A stretch of 64,000 nucleotides of DNA from Ginglymostoma cirratum. Its lineage: Eukaryota. This document shows positions 11,480 to 25,651 of this stretch, one piece after another; positions within the stretch are counted from its first letter, which is position 1, and every line of letters starts with the position of its first letter. The position numbers and the translations under genes were made by a program. The stretch lies in NCBI GenBank assembly GCA_024137785.1, contig JAHRHZ010000065.1, positions 14,547,724-14,611,723 of the forward strand. The letters run 5' to 3'. The notes under the pieces are model-generated. The model ran no database searches, was not told the DNA's origin, and worked only from the letters and a program-made list of their open reading frames with translations.

Positions 11480-14400
11480 CTAAGAGAAGGGAAAAGCATG
11501 TTATTAGAATTCTACTCACAAGTTGGGTAAGCAAAAGCAAGAGAAAGCCACAGTCTTTTATTGCAAAACTGATTTAGTTACAAACAAACTCTCAAAGGGG
11601 AAAAAAAATTGTATTTTACACAAATCCAAATGACTGGATAATCTTAAATGCACAAATAATTATACCGGTGACAGCACAGTTTGGCACTGTGCAATTCACA
11701 GCTAAGTTCAATAAAGGTCTAGTTCTAGAAGTAATATATCCATTTTGAAAAGAATTTTTTATATTGGTTAGAAGTGATTTGAAAACTGAAATTTAAATAC
11801 TATTATTCCTTATAACATTAAAAAAACCATACCCCAATCCCCTTCTCAAAACCATATATGATCAGTTCAACCTTCCCTCCTAGTGAGGGAATAACTACAT
11901 AAAACAGCTCAATTCTAAAAGATTGTAAAAATTGATCTGGGATGGGTGCTCAGGCTTAAAGCGCTTGACTCTACATCTTCATATGTCACTATAGTTAGAG
12001 GACATACAGATGCTGATCCACTTATTGTAGGATATGATTTGATAGCAGCAACTTGCTACAGAGGAACAACTAAAAAAGGTAGCAAGAGTTGGCATAAAGG
12101 GTATGGAACACAAACACATTGGACCTTAAATTTAGAGCTCAGTGCAAAATGAAGAAAAACCATAAAAACAACCATTCAAGAAAATAAGGGCAACTGATTA
12201 AAATAACATATCCAATCTTCATGCAATTATGCAGTAGAAAACTAAACTGTCACTGCAAATCAAGGTCAATACTCCCACCTCTGTCATATGCAGCAGCTTA
12301 ATGAGGAAGATGTTGTTTTATTTTAATTATTTCACTATTAGTGCTTAAATTAAAACCCTTTTCTCCATGTTTGTTTGTAAACCAAAACACAAACAAGAAT
12401 AAAACAATAACCTGTGGCTTATGGTTAGGCTTTATTAAAATAAAATGACAATGCAAAACTAAATTGGAGTGTTTCTTGGTCTATAAAGAAGCATTAGAAG
12501 ATTAAAATTGCAATGTGTCAATGTGCAGACCCCTTAGAGTCTGTTGAGGCAAGCAGGTCAGAAGCTAGATGTGCACAATGGCCAGATTCAAGCCATATGT
12601 TCAAGGGCTCAGTAACACACTTGTAAAGACAGTGCCAAGAATTTCTCTCAGGTTCAGGCTTCACAATAATGCTCTTCAACTTTAAGAATTGTTTGAGGCA
12701 ATTTTAAACGTATTCTCTGAAATATGACTTGTTAACTCATCAAAAACATCACTAATAGCTGCGAAAGGATGGTAAGTACTGGCTGGACCACTTTGCAGTG
12801 CAGTAACTCACTTAGAAAATAAGCTGTTAAACGTTGTTCAGGGTCATGAGTATACTTTTTATTAAAAGCACAAAACTCATTCAAATTCAAGCTTGTGGTT
12901 TTTAAAGAACAAATATAAAAGAATTCAAAGAGGCAATATTGTAAAGACAAAGGCTGGAACTTTTGATATTCAGATAGATCCTTAAAGAATACAAATAATC
13001 TCTTTTTGGTGGCACAGTTCAGAGAAACATTTGATCCTTTGACATTCTTCCTCAGTAAATTGTTATGATTTCAGAGAATGAGATGTTCATGTTTTTCTCA
13101 AGATGAATTCGACCCGCATTTTAGGATCTATACTGCCCACTTTGAGTTATGCAAAACAAATGTTATCTCGCATAATCTAGGTGCTAACATATTTCTTCAT
13201 CATTCTCATACTCAAACTGCAGAATAAAGGTGACAATGTGACAACGAAGTAAATACTATACACAGAAACAGAATAGTAACTAATGCAGCAAGGAGAAAAA
13301 CGTCCCAAAAATAATTTTTTGACCTCAGAACACAAACCAGAAAGGAATATTTTGAAGGACGTTTTGATTTATAAAGTTTATAACTTTCTGTCAACATAAA
13401 TCAATTCAGATCAAACTTATACCATACAAGAATATCAAATTAAGCTTGTAAAATATTTTTGGGTGGCCTATATAAGAACCTAACAGAACACACTTCATGG
13501 ACTAGTTCTCAAAATCTAAATATCAGCAAAGGAGTACACCTTGAAAATAGAAGTGATGGAGTTCACCTGTCAAGAAAAGTTTAAATCAAAATTCTCCGAA
13601 AAAGATATTAGTTACACAGCAGATACGACGCCAAATTCAGGAGTTTGAAAACAAAGATTTTGACTGACTTTTTTTTTAAGAAGCAAAGCTGAAGATATGA
13701 ACTGAGTTCTTCCTCTGCAATGCACTGGAATCTCTCAGAAGAAAATACACATTTGCACATTATATACAGTGCCTGTTATACATCGAATTCTATAGCCTAT
13801 TTAAATTGCAAATTGGAACAAAATAGAGAGACCTCAGTAAAGCCTAGTAGCAGCTTGATAGACATCATGTCAGGTGGCTCATGCTAGAAAGTAATCTAAT
13901 CTAATGTGATCCACCTGGAAATAAAAAGCCATTAGTGCAGGAATGAACAAATTAGCTGTGTTATTAGAATGAGGAAAAACATCCAAAAGGAGAAGAAGGA
14001 AACACATCTACTCAAAGTCTTCCTCTCTTCATTTCAGGCTGTTTAAAAAATAACTCATAACATTAGTTAATGAAGAAAAGTAGGTCCTTCAGATTAATAG
14101 CAGCCAGGCTGCAAATTTTAACCTGCCAAAAATTAGAAATATAGCATCCTATTAGCCATCTTTTTTGAACTCCCAGCTTCTCAAGCATCAATTAGTGAAA
14201 ATTTGAGGCAAAGTTTGTGCGTATTTCAAGTGCCTTCTGGAATTGAGACTGTTTGAGCCAATGAAGTTTGGCAAAATAATTCATCTAACCATTTATTCTA
14301 CATCAGTTTTTTTAAAAAATTTCACATTAAATCCAAAGCTTTTGATGCTTTGAATTCTGACGTAAATTTGTCCAAATCTCTTCCTAAAATGACAGTGACT

Positions 14401-15214
14401 CAGACATGAATTAAAGTCCAAGTACAAAAAGCAGGCTTCCTGCCCCACGGCAGAGCAATCGAGTCAGAAACCTGACTGCTCTCCCTTCTACCCTAACTAC
14501 AGACACCGAACAGAACTACAATGTTAGCCCCAACTGTGACTGAAACCACAACTTCGAGTCTCTTGGATTGCTGGGCTTAGCATAATACACCAAGTGTTCA
14601 GCCAATGTTGCAGCTTTTGGATTTTTTTTTTTTTAAGAAATGCATTCTAACTTTCAATAGTTCCATGATTTAATTCAGTCAACAGCTCAGCTACACAGAC
14701 CTGGGCTAGAGAGGAAGATAAGCCAAGGTCCATTTATGATTGTTATCCAGTGACCATTTCAGGGAATCCTGTGCATCTGTAACTTGAGGATAAGGTTAGA
14801 TTTTGCTCTCATCTCTAAAGCTCGTAGATAAAGAAAGGCCAACTGGCACAAGTGAAAATGTATTTGAGAGGAATCAATTTCTTCAAGGGATTAAAGGAAA
14901 AAAACTGGATCATTCCTGGCATCTGCTGTCAGGCTTTTGGCAATGTGATTTATTGCAAGCTCCTGAGAAATATTTGAAAGTTGCAGGGCCTATCTATAGG
15001 AAGATAGGCTCAGCTCACCATCACTGAGATCAGTAAACAACATCTACTGGCAATTTTCTATCATGCCTTGGCCACCAACTGATTTGGTACAATTTGTGTT
15101 AAAAAGGGCAACATTTATGATATTGTAAATATTTACAATACTGACCCCTTAATGTCTAGTTAATTTCTGACAGCAGCTTCCACTAATCGTCTATGCAATT
15201 CAACACAGCAAACG

Positions 15215-15520
15215 TTGGTAATCCAGAACCCCAGGCTAATGCTCGTGGGTCATGGGTTTGAATTCCAACATGGCAGATGGCGAAACTTGAACTTAATAAA
15301 ATCTGGAACTGAAAAAGGTTATTCTAACAGCATTGTGATTGTCATAAAAACCCATCTGGTTTATATCAGGGAAGGAAATGTGCCAGCCTTATCCAATCTG
15401 GCTGATGCAAGACACCAGACCCACAGAAATTAACTGCCCTCTGAAATGACCTAGACAGCCAATCCATTCAAGGATAATGAGGAATGGACAAAAAATGCCA
15501 GTGACTTCCACAACTCATTT
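15215..15520 (+). mobile_element. Deu-domain (SacSINE1-like) SINE; related copies at ~20345-20705(-), ~30995-31310(+), ~42100-42300(+), ~43380-43650(+)
   Basis: Shared core aaaacccatctgg...gaaggaaatctgccatccttacctggtctgg...aactgccctctg across the copies. Confidence 0.65.
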
Positions 15521-17707
15521 AAGAATTTAAGAATTTGTAGAGGCTAAAACTTATCCCTCAAAAAAAACACCAAGAAACAAGATTCATTAATATGGTCAAT
15601 TGGTACCTTTATGCAAAAATTGTGTTATCACTTTTCCTTACATAAAACGGTGATTACTCTCAAAAGAAAGATTCACCTGATATGTAGCACATTGGATTGA
15701 GAGGACGTGAAAGACTTTTTCTCAATAGAATTCCTCTCTTCTTAGAAGGGTTTGTAGAAACTTATTACTCTCTAAGAACTGCCGATCAAAGTTTTTCAAC
15801 TATTGTATAATTGCCTCCTTTAATCCTGGATTATACTACAAAGAGGCCTTCTCATCCTACTCTTCTAGAACTTGAAATGTCAGCTAGTGAGCAACAGTCA
15901 AAAATTTACGCATGAGATCGTAAGAGCTTTGACATTTGATGATTAGGGAGGTGTTTGGTTGCTTATCTCAGGAACCTGGATACTGAAATCATCTAGTAGT
16001 CTGTGAAATTTTCAAGCAAATTGGGAAGAGCATCAGATACAAACTGTGAAAAAGATCAGCATTAGAATTTAGAATAAGAAAGAAACTTGGCAGTGGAAAT
16101 CGAAAATGAAACTTTACATCTTTGAAAGTAAAGGACTGCGCATTGGTTAATTGTATATTGGAAATAAATAAATTAACTGGGCAAGGAAGATTTGTAGTAA
16201 GACTTGAAAGTACTGTCAAATTTGAAGCTTTCAAAATCTATATATTGCGACAAATTTAAGAAGTTAATACTAAATTGAGTGACATAATCAGAATGTTACA
16301 TTTCAAGATATCAGAAGTAATACTCGTCTAATTGTGTTTAGAAAAGGTTTAGACTGCATTTCTGAGATATTGAAATGTTCAAAGAAATTGGTAAATAAGA
16401 CTCTATATTTGTTAAATATTTAATATGAAAAGACAAAATTATGGTGGAGTGTAATTATCGTGCTTTGAATTAATACATATTTGCACTTGTCTGACTTTGA
16501 AAAAGGTCTCCAATATGAACTTGCAGTACCGTGAAGACCATGCAGAGCATTAAATCTCAATTGTACTTTCAGTCTAAAATGTCTTGACATAAATTCAAAT
16601 ACATTTGAATAATGATTTAAAAGCTTCACTTCTACAAATCATACAATGAACCAAAAACAGCTTGCAATTACTCAAGGAATATGGGAGCATTTCTATAATA
16701 ATTATACACTTCTCTTTAAAGGTCTTAATTTAGAATAAGCTCACACTAAAATCTATGTTCTCTGCATAATGTCTTTTTGGAATGCCACTTTATAATGCTG
16801 ACTGTCAAGACATTTATAGGTAAAATGCTCTTAAATATTTTACGGAAGAAATATAAGCTGGTTGAAGAAGCTTCAGAAGTTGACGGGGCCACTTGACTCA
16901 AGACAGCATGAATGCTAGCAACATGGATTCAATCTTCTAATCCTGAGTACACCACATCCAACGTCATGGGCACATTAACAGGGGAAGCATTGAATGGAGT
17001 TTCAAGCTTCCTCCCACAGGGAGACATTGAAGTAAATTAATCAAACAGCTAAGTAATCCTTTGCATTTGGACCACCAGGCATGTAGGTAGAAGTCTGGGA
17101 GTCAAAGATGTGTCAAAATGTAAGTTGGTATCTGGGGGAGAAATTCTGAAAGGTTAATTAAAATCAGAGAAATATACTGCAAACCCACATACTAAATCTT
17201 TCCCACTAATATTTCTTGCTTCACTCAAAATCCTAAAGCATGAAACAGAATGCTTTGTACAAGCAAAGAAGTAGAAACATTATGTTGTCATTTTCCTAAA
17301 TGTGGGATTAATGCTAATGCTGACATCATGCATATTAAGAGTTAAAAATGAAACTAAGGTTTAGAACATAAGCATCTCCTTTTATTGATATAATGTAAAA
17401 TGCAAACAACAGAAAATTATATTCACCTTCAATAATCTGTGTCAGTTAATGAAGTTCCAGACAACAGGTTAAACAACAGGTCACAACTTTTGTCTTATGG
17501 GGATCAGAAAGTGTATGAAATGAAAACTGCATGAACAAAGCTATTGGACGTGTGATTTTATTGAAATAGCAGATGCAGAGTTTAAAAGAGGTCTGGAACA
17601 TATCCCACATCCCGACAGCTTAATATTTTGCCTTTCTGAAGATCAATATGTCACCAGGTTGATTGAAAAAGTTTGGAGGGGATCTAAACCAGCCATTCCC
17701 TAAATGT

Positions 17708-17890
17708 TCAGAGATAGTAAGAACTGCAGATGCTGGAGTCAGAGATAACACAGTGTGGAGCTGGAGGAACACAGCAGGCCAGGCAGCATCAGAGGAGCAA
17801 GAAAGTTGACGTTTCGGGTTGGGAGGTCAATTTTCCTGCTCTTCTGATACCGTCTAGCCTGCTGTGTTCCTCCAGCTCCACACTGTTATC
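17708..17890. mobile_element. Fold-back PLE-derived element, family A, centre deleted
   Basis: Inverted ~65-bp arms, ~36-nt left tail, 10-bp TSD CCCTAAATGT (17698-17707, 17891-17900). Confidence 0.85.
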
Positions 17891-18471
17891 CCCTAAATGT
17901 AATTGTAGGGAACCTATTTATGCAATTTGTTATTGTCATAAAACCATAAACTCAACTACAAACAGAGAGAAAGTTGAAATGATTCCCACCATCTTTTTAG
18001 GGGGGGCCATTTTGGAATTATGCTTTATACTTTCTTCCACTTAAAAACAATCAATATTGTTAGGGCATTCTTCCTCAAATTAAAGTTTTATAAAACTGTT
18101 CCAATGGGTATATTCCTACATTTGTATTCACACCATAAGATACAGAGCACATGGTGCAGCTAAATATTTAAATTTTCTCTTCTTTGATTCAATCTCTTTC
18201 GGCTATTAGCCACCTGTTTCTGCATCAACAGAATGCAGTGAAATCAACCAATTTGATCCCTATTCTGCCTAGCCCTTTCCTCGCAAACTCAGCAGCACAT
18301 CAGCTAATACACAAATAAAAGTTTTTGAAAAGTGGAGAAAGGGGTAAGCGAAAAAGTAAATTAAAAAAAAACAATTAAAAAGATGATTTTGCTGTTCATG
18401 ATCAGATTTAACACATTTTTATTTTTGCAATGCATTTTTCAGTTATTTCAAAACTGGTGCTTAATTAAGCC

Positions 18472-18586
18472 AACAAGGTGTAGAGCTGGATGAACACAGT
18501 GGGCCAAGCAGCATCAGAGGAGCAGGAAAGCTGACGTTTCGGGTCTAGACCCTTCTTCAGAAATGAATAAATAATTAAGAATTAAA
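18472..18586 (-). mobile_element. Single-arm family A element with intact minimal hammerhead core (18533-18560)
   Basis: Minus strand reads CTGAAGA-A-GGGTCTAGACCC-GAAA-CGTC. 10-bp TSD TAATTAAGCC (18462-18471, 18587-18596). Confidence 0.8.
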
Positions 18587-19133
18587 TAATTAAGCCTTGT
18601 GGTTACTGCTGTTAAGAATAAGAACATGGCTAAAAGACAAAGACAAATTTGTTTTGTACAATATGCACTTGGAACAGGTAGAGCAATTGCATTATATATA
18701 TTAGGTGCACCTCACTCTAGGCTTCAAAACTGCACATTTGTTATCATACTGCTAGTTCAGCTCTTAAGACTAATGCATTCATACTCCATACATCTGGTCT
18801 CTGAACTTACAGGAACATCAAAAATTAATCTTTATGATATGTAAATAAAAAATATTCTCAATGCTGAGTAATTCAATCAAACAAACAGTTAGAATCAATA
18901 TACTAAAGATAATTTATTATAAAAGCAAAGCGTTAGGTGTTTCTGGCTCCAAACTGTGTGCTTGTTCAGCTGGCATGAACCCATATATTTACCTAAATTA
19001 ATTATTTTTTTTAAAAAAAGATTCTGTCAAACAAGGTACAACATTGGAACAGTTTTATTTTCTGAAACAATACTAAAACATTAATTTGCATCTTAAACGT
19101 TGATGGCAGTCCCTTTATTGGAGATATATTTAC

Positions 19134-19384
19134 CTCAAACTGTAGTGGGGTATTACATCGGCTAGCAGCATGGGAGTGAAGGGGAGAGTAAATTACATTA
19201 GATCCATTTTTCTTCTCCTCTTCTCCTGGAAACAAGGTGCAAGGCGTCATTACTGTCGGGCTGGACATAACTGTATCTGTGACAGATGCAGGCGCTGATA
19301 ATGGACTACAAGGTCCGGGCAAATCAGTCACACTCACGTCTGACAGATACCGTGCTTTTCGCTTCTTCAGAGGCGTTATCAACT
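19134..19384 (-). CDS. SETD5: SETD5 coding exon, 251 nt: (E)LITPLKKRKARYL...ASRCNTPLQFE
   Basis: ttgtag|AGTTG...TTTGAG|gtaaat, overlapping ORF 19011..19382. Confidence 0.94.
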
Positions 19385-19644
19385 CTACAAAACAGAGAAG
19401 TTATCAGACATTCCATTATAAATTGCAAAGAAATACGTTTTACACAAGTTAAGCAGCTGGGATACGTTAAGCCTGTGAATATTTCAACACTGCAGTTATT
19501 CTTCCCATTGTAGGTTCTGTCAATGGTTTGAATTATTTCCAAAATAAAATCCAAGTATTTTTGCAGGTATATCAGAACGCAGATCAATGTGCTTACCACT
19601 TGCAACTTAGCAAAACAATTTCAAGCCTTGTATGTTTGAAGAAT

Positions 19645-22010
19645 CTTTAGAGATGAGCGACCACAATGTCATAGAATTTCACACTGTCCGAAAAGTGAGG
19701 TAGTTTAATTTGAAGCAGGAGTGTTAAATTTGAGTAAAGGGAATTCTGAAAGCAAGGGGTACAAATTGACTGATTTAGAAAAAGACAATAAAAGGCATGA
19801 CAAAATAGGCAATGGGCAGGCTTTAAAGAACAATTACATGGTTTACAGCAACTGTACATTCCTTTGTGGTACAAAAACTCTAAACAAGTCAACTTTTAAA
19901 GAAAAGGCTTCTGAAAAACCAGAAATAGTAATAAAGATGTAATGAGGATTAGCACGTTTTTAGATACAGCAAAAAAAATGAATTATTTATATACACACAC
20001 ACGCAATCTAGCTAAAATCACAAAAAAAGGAACTGTGAGACTGCTTCAGGTATGTCAAAAGGAAACGGCTGACTAAACGAACGTGGGTCCATACAGGCAG
20101 AGTCAGGAGAGAATACACAAATGGCAGAGAAGCTGAGTTATTACTTTGTATCTGTTTTCATTGAAGAAGATACAAGAAATCTCCCAGAATTACAGATCCA
20201 AGTTTCTATGGAGAATGAGGAGTTGATGGTAATTAGTACGAGTAAGAAGGTTGTACTAGAGAAATTAATGGGGCTGAAAACTAATATGTCCCCAGGACCT
20301 AGTATCTTATACCCCACAGTAGCTACAGAGATAGTCATGCATTTTTATTTTATTCATTTATGGGGATATGGGTGTCACTCTTTGGGCCAGTATTGATTAC
20401 CCACCCCTAACTGTCCAGGGGGCAGTTAAGAATCATCCACATTACTGTTGGTCTGAAGTTCCATGTAACCCAGATTTCAAAATGATGGCAGATTTCCTTA
20501 ACTAAAGAACTGTTACGAACCAGATATGTTTTTAGAACAATTGACAATGATTCCACAGCCTTTATTAGGCCACCTCTTTATTCCACATTATGGACTGAAT
20601 TCAAATTTTACCATTTGCCATGGTGGGATTTGAACACATGATCCCAGCACATTGGCCTGCGGTTCTGGATTGCTAGTCCAGAGACACTGCCTGTACCACC
20701 AACTCCTCAAAGATTTAAAAGACATGAACCATCAACAATTTGCCAAATTTGCCAAAGACATCATTAGCTGTACGGTAACTTGGTTATATTTTGCTGCTCT
20801 ATAACTGCCTGTGCATTTTTCAGATGTTTCTGATTTGAGCGTTCACTCCTATAATTAAATAGTTGATTATGTTTCTACAGAAGGAGCTGACAATTAGTGT
20901 TTTTTTTTCACCTATGAATTACGTTTTCTTTATAATCTACAAAGCTTGCAAGTAAATGGTTTCTGATTTTTATTTACTACGATGTGTTTAAGGCCACAAG
21001 TCAAAATCAAGTGAAGTTCATAACCAAACAAGGCAAGATAGTGTAGAAGACAAATAGAACAAAGTTGAAAAAGGAACAAATAAATATCTTTACAGGGAAG
21101 GAACTGATCATCTTCTAAAAGTCTGCAGGCATCTGTAATTTCTCCGTAAATTCTGCAGACTCCCGCCGACTGTAAGCTAACAAATGTCATAGAGTCATGT
21201 ATATCATTTCACCATTTCAGAAAGGAGAAAGACTTAAAACAGGAACCTACAATCTTATCAGCCTTACACCTGTAGCAGTGAAAATGCTAAAAACTATCAA
21301 AAAGGACATGATAAACAGACTCTTGGAGAAAAATAGTTTGATTAGGCATAATCAATAACTATTCGTGAATGAAAAATCAAGTTCAAAAAACTTGGAATTG
21401 TTTTGAGATTATTACAAACAAAATTGTTAAGGGGAAATCAATAGACAAAGTATTTTTGGATTTCCACAAGGCTTTTGAGAAGGTTTCCCACAGGAAGTAG
21501 ATTAGCAAAATTGATGCACATGGGATAAGAGTTACTATACTGGCATTGAAAGGATTGGTGAAGAGAGAAATCAGGGAGCAGGAATAAATGGGCTATTTGC
21601 CCATTGGCATCTGCTCATAAAATATATCAATGGTTTGGATGTGAAGACCAAATGAAATATTTCCAAATCTACAGATGATACAAAACTAAATGGAATGTGT
21701 ACTATGAGGGAGATGTAAAGTAGCTTCGGGAGGATTTGAACAGGCTTAGTAAGTCAGCATGAACATGGCAGATGAAGTAAAATGTGGAAAAATGTGAGGT
21801 TATTCATTTTAGGAGGAGGAACAGATGTGCAGACTATTTTTTAAAATGGTGACAGCTTGGAAAGCATAGATGTGCAAAGGGACCTGAATGTCCTTATCAT
21901 TATGTCACAGAAGACAGTGACAAACATACAGATGCAGCTAATGAAAAATTGGCCTTCACTGCAAAAGGATTTGCATGCAGGAGCAGTGATGTCTTATTTC
22001 AAATGTACAG
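19645..22010 (+). mobile_element. Degenerate CR1-clade LINE ORF2 fragments interrupted by a SINE (approximate)
   Basis: SDHN endonuclease end (~19655), MAEKLSYYFVSVF (ORF 20121), RT motif VFLDFHKAFEKVSH (~21450-21492). Confidence 0.75.
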
Positions 22011-22029
22011 GATGACTCTGCTTCCTTCA

Positions 22030-22930
22030 CCTTTGTGCTGGAAAGAGAGTTCCAAAGACAATCACCAAAGAAAGACATTCAGAATTGATTTCAAATGGGT
22101 GATCTTTAATTTTTCAAATAGTGAGCCCTAGTTCTAAATTCTTCCAAAAAAGGAAATGTCCTTTCCATATCTATCCTATCAAGACACTTTAGGATCTTAT
22201 ATGTTGCAATCAAGTCATCCTTTTCTCCTGAACTTCAGAGGATACAAGCCTAGCCTGTCCCACCATTCCTCCTAAGACAATCTGCCCATTCCAGGGATAT
22301 TAGTTTTGAAAATCTTCTCTGAACTACCACCAATACCTGAACATCCTTCGTTAAGATGACTAATGCAGTGCTCCAGGTGCAATCGTACCAGTGCCCCAAA
22401 CAAGTGAAATATAATCTCCCTCCTCTTGTACTCAATTCCCTTGCAATAAGTAATAACATTCTACTAACTTTTCTAATTAGAAGTTGTGCCCACATAATAT
22501 CATGAAATTCATGCACGAGGACGTAGATTCCATTGCATCTCAGAGCTCAGCAATCTCTCACCATAGCATGATTACTTCTTATTCTTCTTGCCAAAATGGA
22601 CAATTTCACATTTTCCCACCTATTTGCCCCCGAACATAACCTATCCATGTCTTTTTGTAACTTTCTTCAGTCCTCTTCACAACCTACTTTCCTATCTGTG
22701 TTGTCAGCAAATTTGGCAGTTGTTCTTTCCAACCAGTCATTGTTATAAATTGTGAACAGTTAAAGTCTCCAACCCTGATCCCTGTGGCACAACACTTGTT
22801 ACATCTTAACAAGCTGAAAAAGACCCAATTACACCTACACTCTGTTAGCCAGTCAATCTTCTATCCGCACCAATATGCTACCCTTTACACCCTGATCTTT
22901 TAATTGCCACAACAGCCTTTGTTGGGACAG
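22030..22930 (-). mobile_element. Degenerate CR1 LINE 3' fragment (approximate)
   Basis: Minus-strand peptide VVVQRRFSKLI (ORF 22250..22516) and typical CR1 3' layout. Confidence 0.7.
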
Positions 22931-24029
22931 CATCTAGGGGGCAGTGTTGGCAATAAAAGAAAGTTCAAGATAATGAATGAGGAATGAGGATATATAGATA
23001 GTACTAAGACTGAAGTAATACACTGGAAAAAAGCAAACCATGAGGCAATAAAGGGTGGAACCAAGGAAGATAAACTGGAGAAAAATATTAACATGGCAGA
23101 AGAACAGTAGGCAATATTTCAAAAGGAAATCAACAAATCGGGAGAAATATTTAACACTGAATATCAGAGTAAAAGACTGAATGCTGAAAAAGGCTGAAAT
23201 TCAGGAGAGTTTTGTACAATACCAGAATGCAGTGCTGCACTGAGCCAAATATAAAGATGAACTCAAAAATCTTAATAATGGTGGTGAATTTCGCATATGA
23301 GACTAAATTGGGAGGATGCAACTAGTAAGGGTGGAGGATAGAGAAACAGAATATAGAGAAGTGCACAGCTGCTCATTTTGGTTGGAAGAATAAGGCGATC
23401 ACTTATTCCTTGGCAGATAAGAAAATAAGTTGGGTAGAAGAGTAAAGAGATCTAAGAATACAGATACATTAGCCAATAAATGAAACCAGAAAAATTGATG
23501 ACATCCTTTCAGCTCCTAATAATTCTGGTGGACCTGCACTATACCTTTTCCAAGCTATCAAAGTTAGTGATAGAATCATGCAAATATGCTATGCAATGCT
23601 TAGAAGACAAAGAGAAAAGAAGCAGCTGGTGTGGAGCACTGGAACACTAATGAGAGAGAAAATCATTTGGGTTACTTCTCCTGACAGCTGCATTGTGATC
23701 TGTGCTGGAAATATACATGCACTGAAATCAAATGAAAATGGGATCAGGCTTTGCTTTGATGCCTTGCCAATAATAGCACTGTGGTCTGAGATTTGAAGAA
23801 TGACCACTTGATGGAAGTAATGGGTCTGGGATTATTCCTTCATCTATTATTCAATACTTAATCACAACCACTTCCTTACAGGGATACACAGAAATCATAA
23901 AGATGTCATCCCATGTTCATTTCATTACACCTCCTTGTGGACATAGACAGACAGGAATAGATAATCTGATATGTCAGCTTGCTGACTTTGCTTTATATGA
24001 TGAGAAAAAAGGTTATGTTTTCCACCTAC

Positions 24030-24171
24030 CAATTGAAGCAATGGTGCTATCCCGTACATCAGGAACAGTGCTGCTGTCACTGCTTTGGTATAAGGGTGAC
24101 GTTTCTTGTCCTTTATCTGGTGCATGGGGAGTTTGCACCATGGCCTCATCCATTGCCTGTTTTATCCACCT
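24030..24171 (-). CDS. SETD5: SETD5 coding exon, 142 nt: RWIKQAMDEAMVQT...STIASI
   Basis: tttcag|AGGTGG...ATTG|gtaggt. RWIKQA motif; phase 0 to 1 fits the next exon. Confidence 0.9.
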
Positions 24172-25408
24172 CTGAAAAGAAATAACAGATTAAATATTCA
24201 ATATGGTTTAACAATCCCATGCATTTCTATTATACTACCATCTGTGGGGAGGTTATACTGTACAGAAACATACACTGTATAGAAATATAAATAAAATTGA
24301 AAACGCATAGCAAACACTGACAAATGTGCAAAACAGAATCACAGAGAGAAGTCCATTGCAGAAATTCATCAAAAATGCAGTTGTTGATTTATTTTTACAA
24401 AATCTGACAACATCAAGCCTTTTTAGAAGATCTGAGTAATATGGTGAACCAGTACTGGATTTACATTGAGTTAACAGCATGTTCACATTTAGACCTCAAG
24501 TCTCTAATTTTGTACTGTAATTTTCTAGCTATACTTGCATTGAAATTATACACATCCTATTGAGATGAACTCAACTTCTAACTCAGAAACAAACAACTTA
24601 GAGGAGAAAGCACTTTAAACCAAACTTGACCAGAATAAAGAATGCGCTCAACCAAATAAGAACATTTTTTAAAACACTAAATAATTTCTGCAACTTGATT
24701 AACTGCATTTAGCCCTAGTTAGGTTTCTACTCAGTTTGCAGCATTTTGTTGGGCTGGTACAATATTACTGCAACAACAGAATTCAGTCTAACTAAATGAT
24801 AGAAACATGAAAATAACCCAAGTTGGTTAATAAGAGGGGAGATATTGTACTGTGATGCTCACCAGGCACCGTGGGCTCTGAGTGAATACAGCAGTCATCA
24901 TGTGATTGTGCTCTGTGGTCATCCAGACATGCACAGGGGGTCAGCCAGTGGGATATATTCTTTGACTTGTAATCCTATACCTTTAGATGATGGATTCCAC
25001 CAAAAGGTACAATAATCCGTTTACTCAACTAACACATCAGAAGAAGCAAAAATCACCATGAAAAAGGGGCTGCAACTTCAGCATTCCACAAAAGTATTAA
25101 AAACTGCCACAATCTTACAAAGTTTGCTTGCAACTAAGGCAAGCAATGACCAAGACGAGTGTTTTGAATACCCAGTGGTGTTAGGGAGGATCCTTGAATA
25201 GAATGTTACAAAATGAGGAATACAAGCAGCTTTAAAATCTAACATCTATTATTCTAACTTTAATCTAACACTCATAACGTTGCTTGAACACGCATCTCAT
25301 ATAGTTAACAGATCCTATGTTAAATTTCCAACACAGACACAATATGGCCCAATGGACTCCTTCATCAACTTCCTATGTTTAAGTTGTACGGTTGTTGTAC
25401 AGACTTAC

Positions 25409-25651
25409 TTTTTTGCAAGATCCATAGTTGCCATCACACACAACTCTTTGTCTTCGTCTTTCAGGAGTGAAGGGGGAACCAAAGCGAATGTAGTGTTTAG
25501 GGGTTGTGCAAATGTGTGGGTTGTGGCTCAGGCCTGGCAGCATGTTCAGTGTTGTTGCCAATACAGTAGGATCAGTTGTGATACGTAATGGTCGGTCATA
25601 TGGGCATTCTGATCGCTCAACCTTGTCATTCAACCATTCTGTAACCAAATA
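25409..25651 (-). CDS. SETD5: SETD5 coding exon, 243 nt: [10 protein letters not shown]...[21 protein letters not shown]...[11 protein letters not shown]...SCKK
   Basis: ttcag|TAT...AAAAAA|gtaagt, inside ORF 25379..25660. Confidence 0.96.

Noticed and set aside
17708-17890. Fold-back elements as miRNA hairpins, CRISPR repeats or classic MITEs
   Set aside because: They are dispersed multi-copy insertions with variable 10-15 bp TSDs and asymmetric ends, with no spacer array or fixed-length TSD.
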